Below, one piece after another: positions 41,107-52,150 of a stretch of DNA of 64,000 nucleotides. Source of the stretch: an uncultured Nitrospinota bacterium (GTDB taxonomy: Bacteria; Tectomicrobia; Entotheonellia; J063; CAVPRW01); NCBI GenBank assembly GCA_963707985.1, contig CAVPRW010000024.1:1-64000 (forward strand), read 5' to 3'. A program made the translations under genes and the position numbers. The notes beneath the pieces are model-generated. The model searched no databases, had not been told where the DNA came from, and was given only the letters and a program-made list of their open reading frames with translations. Numbering within the stretch: position 1 is the stretch's first letter; every line of letters begins with the position of its first letter.

Positions 41107-41802
41107 ATGGCCACATCACAGTCGAAAATCCCGCAGGCCATAGAGGACTATCTGGTAGCGATCTATGTGCTCGAGCGGGAGGGCCTGTCGGTCATTAGCG
41201 CCAGGGTGGCGGAGCATGTCGGGGTGTCCCCAGTGACCATGCATGAGATGGTTCGGCGGCTCACCCAGAGCGGCTACGTGAGCATCGATCGCAAAAAACA
41301 GTTGCGCTTGACCCCCGAAGGGCAGCAGATGGCTGAGAGCGTCTACCGGCGCCACACCCTAGCGGAGCGCTTGATGACTGATGTGTTGGGACTGGACTGG
41401 GCGCAGGCACATCGCGAAGCGCATCGTTTCGAGCATGTGATCACCCCGCTCATCGAAGAACGGTTGGCTGAGCTGCTCAAATATCCACAAACCTGTCCGC
41501 ACGGTAACCCGATCCCGGGAGTGCGTGTCCAGTTAGTTGAAGAGAGTGTGCCACTCTCTACCGTCACTGAAGGTACCACTGTCGAAGTGGCCCGTATCAG
41601 TGAAGAAGCTGAGCGGGATATTCAGTTACTGGGTTATCTAGACACCCATGGCGTCAGACCCGGCATCTGGGTGGTGGTAACGCAAGTTGCCCCGTGGCTG
41701 GGTACGATTATGCTGCGACGCGAGGATGACGAATTCCCCATTGGTCTGCAGGTTGCCACCAAAATCCACGTTCGTCCCCTGCAAACACCTCCGCAACCCT
41801 AA
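41107..41802 (+). CDS. DtxR/MntR-family metal-dependent regulator with FeoA domain
   Basis: EDYL, RRHTLAE, HREAHRFEH, CPHGNPIP. Confidence 0.93.
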   Translation: MATSQSKIPQAIEDYLVAIYVLEREGLSVISARVAEHVGVSPVTMHEMVRRLTQSGYVSIDRKKQLRLTPEGQQMAESVYRRHTLAERLMTDVLGLDWAQAHREAHRFEHVITPLIEERLAELLKYPQTCPHGNPIPGVRVQLVEESVPLSTVTEGTTVEVARISEEAERDIQLLGYLDTHGVRPGIWVVVTQVAPWLGTIMLRREDDEFPIGLQVATKIHVRPLQTPPQP

Positions 41803-41819
41803 TGTTTTGTGGTCTCGTC

Positions 41820-42731
41820 TCAGGTCCAGCCTGATTCTTCACGATCACCTCTCACTGGCCGTGAATGCGGTCTCTCTGTTATCATGGCCCACGACCCTCC
41901 CGCCCGGCAAGTGTCATGCGCAGACGGCAGCAGCGGTGTGGCCACTGGCGTGTTCCACCCATCGATTCCCTGCCAGGCAAATGACAGATTGCTTGCGGGG
42001 CAACACGCACCCATCTTCTTCTGCACCGCGTTAAAAACCATCGCCATCACCAAGTCGGCTTCGAGCGCCCGCCCATCTGCTTTGAAAACTCCTCTCCTGC
42101 CGATCCTGGCGATGAGTACTCCGATGTCCCGGGTGCGAATATGCCGATTATACACATCGAATTTTTCTGTAGGCTGCGTCGCAAGAAATCCATCCGTCAA
42201 GCCGATGTGTACCAACTCATCGATAAAGGCGAGTAGAACATCGCAGAGATGGTCTGGCGCATCCCGATGATCCGGGTCTACCTCCAGGGCTCGAAGGAGG
42301 CATTCAACGGCCTGCTCAAGCTTGGCCTGGCGCAAGTACAAAAATCCCAGATTACTATGCCCTGTGGCATAGTGTGGATTGGCCTCCAAACCGCGTCGGA
42401 GCTCCGCAATAGCAGCCTCCAGTCGCCCTGCTCTGAACAAGTGCACTGCGGCGTCATTGGCTTGAACAGCGGTGACATGCCCCTGCAGTGTCGTAAACCA
42501 CTCCGGGGCATCGGCCAAAGTCGTGTCGAAATCGCTGCAGGCAGGGTGGAGTGCTCTGAACAGGTTGAGCTTTGCGGGGCAAATATGCGTCGGCGCATCA
42601 CCTGTGAGCCGCGGTGAGGGGGATGGCCCCGCTATCGGTGGCCAGGGAGCGCAGGCAATTACAGGCGGCACGCTGGAGTTTTTCTTGCCAAAGATTTTGC
42701 TCCACAGGCTCGCCAGCTTGCCACCAGTCAT
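41820..42731 (-). CDS. Tetratricopeptide repeat protein
   Basis: TPR pattern ...[15 protein letters not shown]...ALEVDP; ATGA overlap with piuC. Confidence 0.75.
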   Translation of the reverse strand: MTGGKLASLWSKIFGKKNSSVPPVIACAPWPPIAGPSPSPRLTGDAPTHICPAKLNLFRALHPACSDFDTTLADAPEWFTTLQGHVTAVQANDAAVHLFRAGRLEAAIAELRRGLEANPHYATGHSNLGFLYLRQAKLEQAVECLLRALEVDPDHRDAPDHLCDVLLAFIDELVHIGLTDGFLATQPTEKFDVYNRHIRTRDIGVLIARIGRRGVFKADGRALEADLVMAMVFNAVQKKMGACCPASNLSFAWQGIDGWNTPVATPLLPSAHDTCRAGGSWAMITERPHSRPVRGDREESGWT

Positions 42732-43408
42732 ACCTCCGCATCTCGACGTAATAGGTTGTGATAGCAGTTCGTCAGGGCAACTACTGCGGCATGATTCGGG
42801 AGGCTCTGGTTGACTTGATTGATAGCCATGTCGAGTTCGAAGAGCAGCCGGCGGTGGCTATCATCTCGGACCATACTTTGTATCCAGAAGATCGACGCCA
42901 GCCTAGTGCCCCGCTTCACCGGCGTGACGTGATGCAAACTAGTCGCCGGATAAAGGACCATCTCACCGGCTGGGAGCTTGACGGCGTGCGCTCCATAGAC
43001 ATCGTCGACCACCAACTCCCCGCCATCATACTCGTCCGGTTGGCTTAGGAAGAGGGTGGCCGCCATGTCGGTGCGAACGCGAAACGGCGTTCCCATGACC
43101 GGCCGAATGGAGTTGTCGACATGCGTGCCCAGGGACATGCCGACCTCGTAGCGATTGAAGATCGGTGGGAACACTCGGCTGGGCAGTGCCGCTGAGATAA
43201 ACAAGGGGTGCCGCTCGAGCGCGGCGAGGATCATGTCCCCCAACTCACGGGCCTCTGAGCTGTCCTCAGGAAGCTGGAGATTGTTTTTGACGAGAGCGGA
43301 CTGGTGGCCGGCAGTGACGCGACCATCGACCCATTTGGCCTGCATAATTGTTTCGCGACATCGGGCGACTTGCTCGCCCGTGAGCACGTTCGGCACGTGC
43401 AGAATCAT
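42728..43408 (-). CDS. piuC: PKHD-type Fe(II)/2-oxoglutarate dioxygenase (PiuC/YbiX)
   Basis: [37 protein letters not shown]. Confidence 0.93.
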   Translation of the reverse strand: MILHVPNVLTGEQVARCRETIMQAKWVDGRVTAGHQSALVKNNLQLPEDSSEARELGDMILAALERHPLFISAALPSRVFPPIFNRYEVGMSLGTHVDNSIRPVMGTPFRVRTDMAATLFLSQPDEYDGGELVVDDVYGAHAVKLPAGEMVLYPATSLHHVTPVKRGTRLASIFWIQSMVRDDSHRRLLFELDMAINQVNQSLPNHAAVVALTNCYHNLLRRDAEV

Positions 43409-43421
43409 GTGTGAGCCTCCT

Positions 43422-45623
43422 TTAAAAGTTGAAGAGCGCTGAGCCGATGACCGTGGTCCCCGCACCTGGGATAACATGCTGTGGGTGGACGCCGTCAAAG
43501 TAGAGCTCGTTCGTCAAGTTCAGGGCGTTCAGACGCAATTGGATATTCTTGTTGATTCGATATCCTACCGTCATATCCCAGCGCACGTAGCTGGGCACGA
43601 CGTTGGAGTTGGCGTTGTTGGCGAAGCGCTCATCCACGTAGAACACGCCGGTGCCCACCTGCCAGCGTTCGAGGAAATCATAGGTGGTCCACAGACTGAA
43701 GCTATTGTTTGGGGCGTTCGGTAAGCTGTTACCTACGACGGATACCCCGTTGACCACTTCCTTCGACTCGACGATCTCGGAGTCGAGGTAAGTGTAGCCA
43801 AGAAAGACGTTCAGGGGTGGCAGCGGGCGACCGACGATCCCAAGTTCAAACCCCTTGACGCGTTGTTTGCCCTCTAAGACCTGGAATCCGGTAATCGGAT
43901 CGGGTGTACGACCGTTAGTTTTCTCGGTCCAAAATAAGGCACCTTGCAGGCTCAACCCACCGCCGAGCAGGTCGACCTTGCCTCCAATCTCGTAGGTTTG
44001 GTTCTCCTCGGGCGGGGTGTTGACAGTAGTAGCAGCCAGCTGCAGGGCTTCGGCGGACGGGTTATAGGAATTGCTATAAGCGAAGTAATAGCTGTGCGTC
44101 GGCCAGGGATGAAACACCAGGCCGGCACGGTAACTCCACATGCTATCGTTGCTGGAGAATTTATCGTTGGTGACATGGTTTTTGAAATCGGCGTCGAAGA
44201 GGTCCCAGCGTACGCCCCCCACCAGGTCTAGTTGAGGCAGCAGTTTGATCGTATCCGAAAAATAAAAGGCCAATGAGAAGGCGGAAGTGTCGGTCGCAGC
44301 CGAGACCGACTTCGTCATGCGGGAGGAGTCTCGGAAGGGATTTGGGTTCAGCAGGGGGGTGGTGGGGATGTTGGTGAACGCATAGCGTGTGGCATCAAAG
44401 TCCTCGGTGGCGATTTCCATCCCGGTCAGCAGGGTGTGGCCAAAGCCAAAGGTCTGGAAGCGAGCCAGTAGGTCTAATTGATTTTCGAGGATGCTCTCGG
44501 TCGTGTCACGCCCCGGATGGGCCGGGGCGACAATGATTTGCGATAGCGGCGTGCCGGGTGCCGGAGTGCCACTGATCCGCGGTGGAGACACGAACGCTTG
44601 ACGGTCAACGTTGCTGTAGCGCAGCAGATTTCGCAGGCTGAGTTGGTCGTTGAAACGATGGTCAAGACGAAGCGTAGCCACATTGATCCAGGTATACTCG
44701 ACATCCTGATTGGCCAGACCGTAGAAGTTCGCTCGATCGACATCAGGAGGCTTTCCAAAGAGAAACGGCAAGCCATAGTCGGGCAAGTTGTCTTCGTGTT
44801 GCAAGAAGTAACTGATATTCAGCTGTGTCGACGTGCCCAGGCCAAACGTCACCGAAGGCGCGAAGCCAAAGCGTTTTTGTTCGACTTCGTCACGGTCGAC
44901 GACCTGGTCCAAAAACCCCATGAAATTTATCCGGAACGCGGTCGTCTCTCCGACGCGCCGATTGATGTCGCCTGTGCCCCGGGCGAGAAAGCCGTTGCCA
45001 AGACTGAGCGCGCCGTCGTAAAAATTCTCCAGACGCGGCAATTTCGAGACCTGATTGATGATGCCTCCGGTGGTCCCACGTCCGAAATAGAGAGCTGACG
45101 GTCCCTTCAGGACCTCGATAGCTTCAAGATTGAACGTGTCCCGAAAATACGATCCCTGGTCCCGCACGCCGTCGAGAAAGATATCGTTACGAGCGTTAAA
45201 TCCCCGGATCGAGAGATTGTTGCCCTGAGCGCCGCCCCCTTCCCCCGCCTGAAAACTGATCCCCGTCACATTCCGTAGCGCGTCCTGCAGGCTGAAGTCG
45301 GCCTGTTGTTGCATCAACTCCTGAGGGATAACGTTGATCGTCTGCGGAATATCTCTGACTGGATCGGGAAACCTCGACAACCCCAGGTAGGGCACGATAT
45401 ACCCGGAGCGCTGCTCTTGCACCTCCACCTCGGGGGCGGTCAGCACCTCTTTTTCCCCGGCCAGGGTGGCAGGACCCGTCAAGGCCACCGTCAAGGCGAT
45501 GGTAGGAGCCACCAACTTCTGAGGCTGTACGTGTCGTTGTTGCGTGTCCTTCTTGGTCCATCTCTTGGAGCGGGTGTCTTGGGACGTGGACCGATTATCC
45601 TGGCGGGTTCGATGTCGGCTCAT
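43422..45623 (-). CDS. TonB-dependent siderophore receptor (Fiu/PiuA-like)
   Basis: [22 protein letters not shown]...[10 protein letters not shown]-terminal Phe. Confidence 0.93.
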   Translation of the reverse strand: MSRHRTRQDNRSTSQDTRSKRWTKKDTQQRHVQPQKLVAPTIALTVALTGPATLAGEKEVLTAPEVEVQEQRSGYIVPYLGLSRFPDPVRDIPQTINVIPQELMQQQADFSLQDALRNVTGISFQAGEGGGAQGNNLSIRGFNARNDIFLDGVRDQGSYFRDTFNLEAIEVLKGPSALYFGRGTTGGIINQVSKLPRLENFYDGALSLGNGFLARGTGDINRRVGETTAFRINFMGFLDQVVDRDEVEQKRFGFAPSVTFGLGTSTQLNISYFLQHEDNLPDYGLPFLFGKPPDVDRANFYGLANQDVEYTWINVATLRLDHRFNDQLSLRNLLRYSNVDRQAFVSPPRISGTPAPGTPLSQIIVAPAHPGRDTTESILENQLDLLARFQTFGFGHTLLTGMEIATEDFDATRYAFTNIPTTPLLNPNPFRDSSRMTKSVSAATDTSAFSLAFYFSDTIKLLPQLDLVGGVRWDLFDADFKNHVTNDKFSSNDSMWSYRAGLVFHPWPTHSYYFAYSNSYNPSAEALQLAATTVNTPPEENQTYEIGGKVDLLGGGLSLQGALFWTEKTNGRTPDPITGFQVLEGKQRVKGFELGIVGRPLPPLNVFLGYTYLDSEIVESKEVVNGVSVVGNSLPNAPNNSFSLWTTYDFLERWQVGTGVFYVDERFANNANSNVVPSYVRWDMTVGYRINKNIQLRLNALNLTNELYFDGVHPQHVIPGAGTTVIGSALFNF

Positions 45624-45739
45624 GCAATTCCTCCAAAGGAGCTGGAATTCAACGTGCGCTGGATGGGCTGAGTCCCCTCAGGCGCTCGCTTGATATGTCA
45701 ACTGGGAACGCATGCCATACGTGATCATGATGCACGGTG

Positions 45740-47059
45740 TCAGGAGGCCTGACTCGGTGCAATATCGCGGTGTTCATCGGGTGCGGTGCTACTGGCCCGC
45801 CGATGGCGTTTGACGAATTGCCAAAAACGCCGACATGCCAAGGCCAAACCGCTGTACACCAGCACTGCACCGCCGGCCGATGCCAGAGCCGCGAGGAACT
45901 GACCGAGGATCCCGCCGGCTTCTCCAGTATGCACCGGTCGCACCCAAAATCGAATGGTACGACCAAGGTTATAGCCTGCGAATGGTTCCCACTTCAGCGC
46001 TCCAGCGGTAGTGGCATCAAGCGTCAGGGTCGACCGCGGATATGGATGCAGCGAATCCGCTTCCTCGACCATGATAGTCACCTGAGTCGCATTGCGTTGT
46101 GGCAGGCGCATCGTCATGAGTCGCCAGTGGGGCGCTTGCCGTGCGGCCATGGCGAACAGCGCGTCCAAGCTGGCGCGGGGCGGTGCAGCGGCCGCTTCAG
46201 CACCATTAATCGCATCACCCCGTCGTTCCGTGCCTCTGGCTGCATCGGCGCGGGGAAACGATCCGGCCCGACCATCGGATGTACCGCCGGCAGCCCCTGG
46301 CCTGGCGCTGCCGCGTCCAGCACCTCCCTCAGTCGCTGCACCGGCAAAGGGACGTTGCGGCGGCGGTGGTTCGCTACCGGTAAGGGTGTAGATCAGATTG
46401 CCCGCCCACTGATACGACATTACTAGACCGGTAACCGTGATGAACAGGAGTACTGGTGCCGACCAAAAACCGGTGGCATTGTGCCAGTTCCAATCGCGTG
46501 GTTTCCCACGCAGGGTCAGACTGGGGATGGTGACGGCTTTTAGCACCAGAGGCGTCCACCGGCGTGGCCACCAGAGATAGAAACCGCTCATGACCAGCAC
46601 CATAAACGCGGCATTACACGCTCCCGTGACCGCACGTCCAATCTCACGATTGTCGATATCGGTCCCGAGCCAGCGATGCCAGTCCGTCACCACGCGGAAA
46701 AAATCTCGCGTAGCCGTGACCCCGTTGCCTCGTACCGCGCCGGTATAAGGGTCGACGAAGACAATCTGCTCGCGGCCAAAATTCACTATTGTGGCCGTCA
46801 TAGGGTCGGCCGACAAGGTGATGCCCGAGGCCGTCCCTGCAGGAACCGTCTCGCGGGCTTTAGCGACCAGGGTGTCGAGACTCAGGCGCGGTGCATCGGA
46901 TGCGGGAGGTATCACCGTACGAATGTCGCCTTCGGCAAAGGTGACGATCTGTCGTTCGAATGCCAGCAGCACACCCGTTACAGACATCACCAAGATGACC
47001 ATACCAGCCACGACCCCTGCCGTCAGGTGCAGCCAGAAGATAATCTTGCGGAGTTTCAT
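45740..47059 (-). CDS. PepSY-associated TM helix protein (PiuB-like)
   Basis: FWLHL..G, VDPYTG, WHRWL, LWWP, WHNATG, VHTG. Confidence 0.92.
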   Translation of the reverse strand: MKLRKIIFWLHLTAGVVAGMVILVMSVTGVLLAFERQIVTFAEGDIRTVIPPASDAPRLSLDTLVAKARETVPAGTASGITLSADPMTATIVNFGREQIVFVDPYTGAVRGNGVTATRDFFRVVTDWHRWLGTDIDNREIGRAVTGACNAAFMVLVMSGFYLWWPRRWTPLVLKAVTIPSLTLRGKPRDWNWHNATGFWSAPVLLFITVTGLVMSYQWAGNLIYTLTGSEPPPPQRPFAGAATEGGAGRGSARPGAAGGTSDGRAGSFPRADAARGTERRGDAINGAEAAAAPPRASLDALFAMAARQAPHWRLMTMRLPQRNATQVTIMVEEADSLHPYPRSTLTLDATTAGALKWEPFAGYNLGRTIRFWVRPVHTGEAGGILGQFLAALASAGGAVLVYSGLALACRRFWQFVKRHRRASSTAPDEHRDIAPSQAS

Positions 47060-47840
47060 GCGTGGCCCTCTCTCACCTCTCTGTGTCTCCCCGAACCCTT
47101 CCCCTGTGCCATCGACCCAGGGCCATGAGCCCCTGAACCGTGGGCCCCGCAGGGCTACATGGGCACTATATGAGGTTGGCTAGGCGACGCGCTACCTCAC
47201 AGCTGCTTGGGGGCGCTCACCTGGTAGCGCTCTCGGTGCGACAACCGTGCGGGCCATCGTCGCGGCTATGTCCCCAGTCCTCACTATGAGGATGTCTGGG
47301 AGGCACCTATCATGTCAGTCGTCATCTTGGCGAGAACTCCTGATCCCAACCCCGATTGATTCGGGGAGAGCCTGGCGAGGACTGCTCAAGGCCAATAAAC
47401 CACGTTGTGCGCTGCCTCCTCTCAGCGCGCCGAGCAGCAGGCTCGTCCCCGAAGGACTAAATCGCTACCACGCGTGGTAGACAATGGTGAATAGTAGAGG
47501 GTCGGCCGCCAGACGGGTGAGCGTTAGCGTTTGGCACGCGACCGGAAGCTTGATTGAACCACATAGCTGTAATTTTGCGAGTTATAGGCATCTGATGACC
47601 CACGCGCCGTCGCAGCTGACTCACCGAGCCGCGCATACGCAAAAGACGCGTTGGTCTGCATGATTCTGACATCATTAGGCCTAGGTGACGAAACAAGGGA
47701 ATCGACAATGGCTGGCTGCCTGAAGCAGGGATGGGCTTCGCGGTGGCTGGCTTGGCTGCTCGAGTCGTGGCGATGTCTAAGGTGACGGCCGCTCGCCGAC
47801 AGGGATGCTAGCAGATTCCGGCTGTCATCCTATAAACATT

Positions 47841-47869
47841 CGTATACCCGAATCTGTGAAGTTTGTCAA
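47841..47869 (-). promoter_or_regulatory. Sigma70-like promoter far upstream of the piuB-like operon
   Basis: TTGACA-N17-TATACG. Confidence 0.55.
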
Positions 47870-47911
47870 AACAAAATATCGCTATTCCACTGTGGAATCG
47901 CAAGTGCCCCT

Positions 47912-48487
47912 TTACCAATAGCGCCAGTACGGCCCCCAATATGCATAGGGGTATGCTCCGACGATCCACGGATTATAGTAGGCCCCGCCATACCACCACG
48001 GATTTGCGGCATACCAGAGGAGCTCAGCGGCAGCTGAAGGAAACACATGGGTTTCCTCACAAGAAATCAACGGATAGGTATAGTCCGCCTCGCCCACCTT
48101 GCCGTCATAGGTCCCCAGGACCTGCCCAGCTACGGTGATGCGTCGCTGTTGAGCATAGACGGCTGGATCAAGATATTCCTTGCACAGGGCCATGAAGCGG
48201 CCACCTGTGGTCTCGGACAGCCTTGGCGCTTCTGAGTTGCTCAACGGCCTCTGGAGGACCTCGATGCGCGTGCCGTCGCGGAGGTTGGTGGTTTGCAGGA
48301 TCTCTCCGCCTACGATGACGGTGCGGCCCTTGAGGGCTTCCGGATTCGTTCGTAGCTCGGCGAAGGCTACCGGTGGCTGGGCTTGTTGGCGCAAGGTGTC
48401 TGAAATGACATGCGTACACCCCATTCCCGTGAGCGCCAGGCAGCCAATGAGCATCCATAGACAGACCCGACACGCTTGTACGTCCAT
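47912..48487 (-). CDS. Slp family outer membrane lipoprotein
   Basis: Lipobox GMGC, GGEI, GGRF, LDPAVY, Trp/Tyr/Pro-rich C-terminus. Confidence 0.88.
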   Translation of the reverse strand: MDVQACRVCLWMLIGCLALTGMGCTHVISDTLRQQAQPPVAFAELRTNPEALKGRTVIVGGEILQTTNLRDGTRIEVLQRPLSNSEAPRLSETTGGRFMALCKEYLDPAVYAQQRRITVAGQVLGTYDGKVGEADYTYPLISCEETHVFPSAAAELLWYAANPWWYGGAYYNPWIVGAYPYAYWGPYWRYW

Positions 48488-48988
48488 TCGTTCCTCCTTT
48501 CGTATTACCAAGATACTATTTCTCCATTCCGCCTGGTACGCCTGCTCTCTTGGGAAGCGGCCAACGTTGACGCGTACGATGGCGGGATGCCTATTAGTAT
48601 ACTGCTATACATATATTCATACACTAGTATAGAGCGCAGAGCGGGTGAAATCATTCCGTCATTCACGATCAGCGATCCACTCGATTCACCCATACGATGC
48701 ATGCGAGACGTCCGCATCGGAGGCGAAAGTTATGAATGGGGGGATGATGGCCGAAGAAGTCCCGAGAGAACGCTGTACACTGTTCGCGTTTTCCCTCCCT
48801 GATGGTCGTTGTCGCGCAGCGGCAATCCTGTTTCGAGCAGTCGGATGTCACCAGGGTCGTTGAGGGCGATTTTTAGATGATCATCCCGCTGCAGTAGTGT
48901 CTTGGCAATCATCAGGAGGCTGTTCCGATGCCGCTCACTAGGGTCAGTCAACCAAGATCATTTGACTATTCAAAGACCAATAATTCTA

Positions 48989-49017
48989 TTGACAGAATTT
49001 TAGAGATTCGCTATTGT
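48989..49017 (+). promoter_or_regulatory. Sigma70 promoter with overlapping palindrome
   Basis: TTGACA-N17-TATTGT; aattct-N6-agaatt (48982-48999) straddles the -35 box. Confidence 0.65.
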
Positions 49018-49193
49018 GCAGAACACTGGCACTCAAGCGGGGGCGAGGTCTCGCAGGGCCCTCGGGTGCAGGAGTGATGGTCGGAAGGCGGCTTCTCTGA
49101 GCGAGAGCCAAGATCTCTTCGCCGCATCAAAAATATGGCTTTCGAATGGAAAGGCGGCAAACCCGAGGCGGGTGTCATCGCATTGAGGGAGTT

Positions 49194-49562
49194 ATGATCC
49201 AAGAGATGCATAGCCAGCAAATTCATACGTGGAACGCAGACAAAGGCGAGCAGGATGAGATCCTGGCGATGATTCCCCAGGAAGATGGCGATACCGCTTT
49301 GGAAGTCGCGATGACGCACAACTCCCGCAATGATGTCAGCGTTGAACTGCGTTATCTGGTGTGGGGAAGGGGTGTAGGATGGTATCGCCAGCATACACTA
49401 AGACTTAATGGCAGTGCAGCGCGAGACCTCATCCGCGCGCTGGGCATCGTGCAGCGCCGTGCGGAAGAACAACTCGACGAAAGCCTTGGCTGTAAAGTTC
49501 TCCCTTTCCCACATCCACGCGTCCCTCAGAAACCCTGCAACGACGGCCTAGAGCGAGAATGA
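49194..49562 (+). CDS. Hypothetical protein, possibly PC4-like fold
   Basis: GAGGGA RBS, own promoter, downstream hairpin; VELRYLVWGRGVGWYRQHTLRL. Confidence 0.65.
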   Translation: MIQEMHSQQIHTWNADKGEQDEILAMIPQEDGDTALEVAMTHNSRNDVSVELRYLVWGRGVGWYRQHTLRLNGSAARDLIRALGIVQRRAEEQLDESLGCKVLPFPHPRVPQKPCNDGLERE

Positions 49563-49605
49563 CAGCCAATGCTTTGCTAGATCTGGTCTTTCTCTAGGAA
49601 AGAAT

Positions 49606-49638
49606 ACAGCGGGTGGCCTCGCTTTCCTTACCCGCTGT
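49606..49638. terminator. Stem-loop between convergent genes
   Basis: acagcgggt...acccgctgt arms; weak U tract. Confidence 0.4.
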
Positions 49639-49712
49639 GTACTGACTTTTCCCAGCGGACCGTGGACCGTCCACGGCCCTAGCGGCGGCAATGGTGAACG
49701 AACGAGATGGCC

Positions 49713-50171
49713 TTACACGACACGCAAGTTTACTTCGGCTGCCATTGCTCCTGTCTGCACCATATTGAGGTAAAGCTCTAACTCCTCAATATCATTCTGC
49801 TCTTGCTCAATCTGATCCTCGAGCATGTTGCGCAACGCGACATCATCCTGAGCTAGTGCGAGTGCCGCCAGATACGCCCGCATTGCCTGACGCTCTAAGT
49901 CGAGATCTAGCCGCAGCATTTCTTCCACGTTCAGTGATTGTCGCACCGTCGCGCCCACCTCGACCGTTGGAACGCCGCCAAGCGCCACAATCTTCTGCCC
50001 AAATTTGCGTGCATGGTCCAAAGCGCTATGGCTCTCAGCAGAGAAGAATTCGGAAAACACTCTGCGCCAAAGGCCACGCACGAGCAGCGCATGTTGCTTG
50101 TACTGAAGCATAGCCGCATTTTCCAACGCAACCGCTTTATTCAGGGCATCGATAACTCGTAGTGGCTCCAT
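49713..50171 (-). CDS. Ferritin-like protein (bacterioferritin/Dps related)
   Basis: LE.AA..QY..H, HA...G.KI..LGG.P, DLDLE..A...Y; GGAGG RBS. Confidence 0.85.
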   Translation of the reverse strand: MEPLRVIDALNKAVALENAAMLQYKQHALLVRGLWRRVFSEFFSAESHSALDHARKFGQKIVALGGVPTVEVGATVRQSLNVEEMLRLDLDLERQAMRAYLAALALAQDDVALRNMLEDQIEQEQNDIEELELYLNMVQTGAMAAEVNLRVV

Positions 50172-50320
50172 GCTATCCTCCGTTCCGCGATGGTGGCTGT
50201 CGATACATGCACTCTCTAGAGTATACATGGAGGTTGTCGTTGTTGCAAATGGCCGAGGCTATGACCGCCCGATGTCTCAGCTCACCTCATGCCGAGGTGG
50301 CCATCCGGGGCACCGTCTTC

Positions 50321-50953
50321 TTAAGCCCATTCAGTGACGAGGTCGTCGAGGTCTGGTCGGGATCGATCGGGCGGTCGTCCTTTGGCAGTGCCAATGTGGA
50401 TGAAGCCCGCCACTTTCTCTGTCACCTGCACGTTCAGAGCCTGCAATGCATCGGCGTCGTATGCCGCCCAGCCTGTCAGCCACACCGCAGCATAGTCGAG
50501 GGCAGTCGTCGCGGCGATCAGGTTCATGCACACGGCACCTACGGTCAGCACTTGCTCCCATTCTGGTTTTCGGGCTTTCGGGTCGGCTCGACTAATGACA
50601 GCAACCACCAAGGGTGCCTGGGTGAACAGGCGTGAAAGCTTGGCAAGGGTCCCCACGTTCGGCTCTGAGAGCTCAGGGTGCTGTGCTGCATACACAGCCG
50701 TGAGTTGTGTGCTCGCTGCCTGACGGGCCTCGCCCTGGAAGAGGATGAACCGCCAGGGCACGAGCGCGCCGTGATCCGGGACGCGACAGGCCACGGTGAG
50801 GATGCGGCGCAGCTCATCTGGAGTAGGCCCGGGTTCGCATAGCTCGACGGGCTTCACCGATCGTCGAGTCTCGAGCAGATGCAGTAGATCGGCAGGTGTG
50901 GATGTGAGTAGGTCGGGCCTGAGTGGACTGCTAATAGGTATGGTGCCAGACAT
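50321..50953 (-). CDS. Nitroreductase (YdjA-like)
   Basis: TRRSV, RVPDHGALVPWRF, AVWLTG, GFIHIGT. Confidence 0.9.
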   Translation of the reverse strand: MSGTIPISSPLRPDLLTSTPADLLHLLETRRSVKPVELCEPGPTPDELRRILTVACRVPDHGALVPWRFILFQGEARQAASTQLTAVYAAQHPELSEPNVGTLAKLSRLFTQAPLVVAVISRADPKARKPEWEQVLTVGAVCMNLIAATTALDYAAVWLTGWAAYDADALQALNVQVTEKVAGFIHIGTAKGRPPDRSRPDLDDLVTEWA

Positions 50954-51154
50954 GGAATCCTCCCCCCTCATGACTGATTTGTCGGGTTATAATTAAGCGC
51001 GAAAATCAGTTGGCTTGACTCGTGCGAGCCAGGCTTGGACGTCCGCGTCCGATTCATTCTCGCCATGGCTCGCTGTTGAGGTTGTTCGACCGATCATCAC
51101 ATATTTGCTAGGGCTGTGCCAACCATGGGTAGCCTGCGTTGCCCCTGCATACGT

Positions 51155-52150
51155 TCATCTGAGCACAAACTTCACCGGCATTCTGAGCCACACCGCCACA
51201 GGTTGCTGACCGCGGCGTGCCGGTTCAAAACGCCACTTCCTGATCGCTTCCGCGGCGGCCAGATCGAGGTCTGGATGACCGGCGGAGGTCTCGATCTGCA
51301 CCTCTCCCACCCGGCCATTTTCCAAGACTTCAAAGAGCAGGGTCGTAGTGCCGGTGATACCCTGCCGCCGTGCGGAATCGGGATATCTTGGTAAGAGCTG
51401 ATATCCGCCTAGCGGGCGTGCCAAACTACTTACACCGCCCCCCGGTCCTTCTCCACCGGCACCAGGTCGTAGGCCTCCGACTCGGATACCGCTGCCCTCA
51501 GCACCCGAGCCGAGCCCGGCACGCCCAGGCCCGCCACTGCCCCCGCCAACGCCAGTCCCAGGGACCACAGGCAGATCTCCCCGTTCAGACAATTCGCCGG
51601 CGCCGGCCTCCCCACCCTCAATGGATTTCGCTGGCTGATCCGTCGACTGGTTCGGTGTGGATGGCCCCAGGGTATTGGCTCCGGCCGATGCAGGCCCCTC
51701 ATCGGGCATCGGCGTCAAGAGACCGGGCTTGGGCTTTTCAAAGGTTTTCGTTTCTGGTCCCGGCGGCGGGCCTGGTAGCGGACGTTTCGATGCGGGTAGG
51801 GGTTTCTGCCGAGGCTCAGAGGGTTTCGGGAGGACCTTTTCGATAGCTTTTGGCGGGGTTATGGGCTCGATTTTTGCCGGAGTCAGAGGGACCGTTGGCA
51901 CACGCGGCGGTGGCTGTGCCAGCACCACATCAGCTTGTGTCAGAACCGTTGGCGGGGTGAGCGGTTCAGCGTCCGGCACGGGCACCGGTTCCGGCGCCGG
52001 CGGCGGAACAATCACGACTTCAGCCGGGATCAGCTCTGTGCGTGTCGTGTGCAGATGCAACGATCCCCAGAGCAGCGACACCCCCAACAGACCGGTTGCA
52101 TGCACCAACAAGGAAGTCAAGAACGCAGGAGCGAGCACAGCGTGTCTCAC
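51155..52150 (-). CDS. tonB: TonB energy transducer
   Basis: TM helix with S..VH, Pro-rich spacer, PRYPDSARRQG...WRFEPA. Confidence 0.9.
   Translation of the reverse strand: MRHAVLAPAFLTSLLVHATGLLGVSLLWGSLHLHTTRTELIPAEVVIVPPPAPEPVPVPDAEPLTPPTVLTQADVVLAQPPPRVPTVPLTPAKIEPITPPKAIEKVLPKPSEPRQKPLPASKRPLPGPPPGPETKTFEKPKPGLLTPMPDEGPASAGANTLGPSTPNQSTDQPAKSIEGGEAGAGELSERGDLPVVPGTGVGGGSGGPGRAGLGSGAEGSGIRVGGLRPGAGGEGPGGGVSSLARPLGGYQLLPRYPDSARRQGITGTTTLLFEVLENGRVGEVQIETSAGHPDLDLAAAEAIRKWRFEPARRGQQPVAVWLRMPVKFVLR

Noticed and set aside
47360..47455. Glycine or cobalamin riboswitch assignment for the structured leader
   Set aside because: GGAGAG and CTCTCAG occur on the non-transcribed strand without the rest of the glycine aptamer; no B12-box seen. 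Kept as an unknown structure.
49020..49190. GGCAAACC suggesting a c-di-GMP-I riboswitch
   Set aside because: The GNRA-capped stem and downstream GCAAAG elements are not present.
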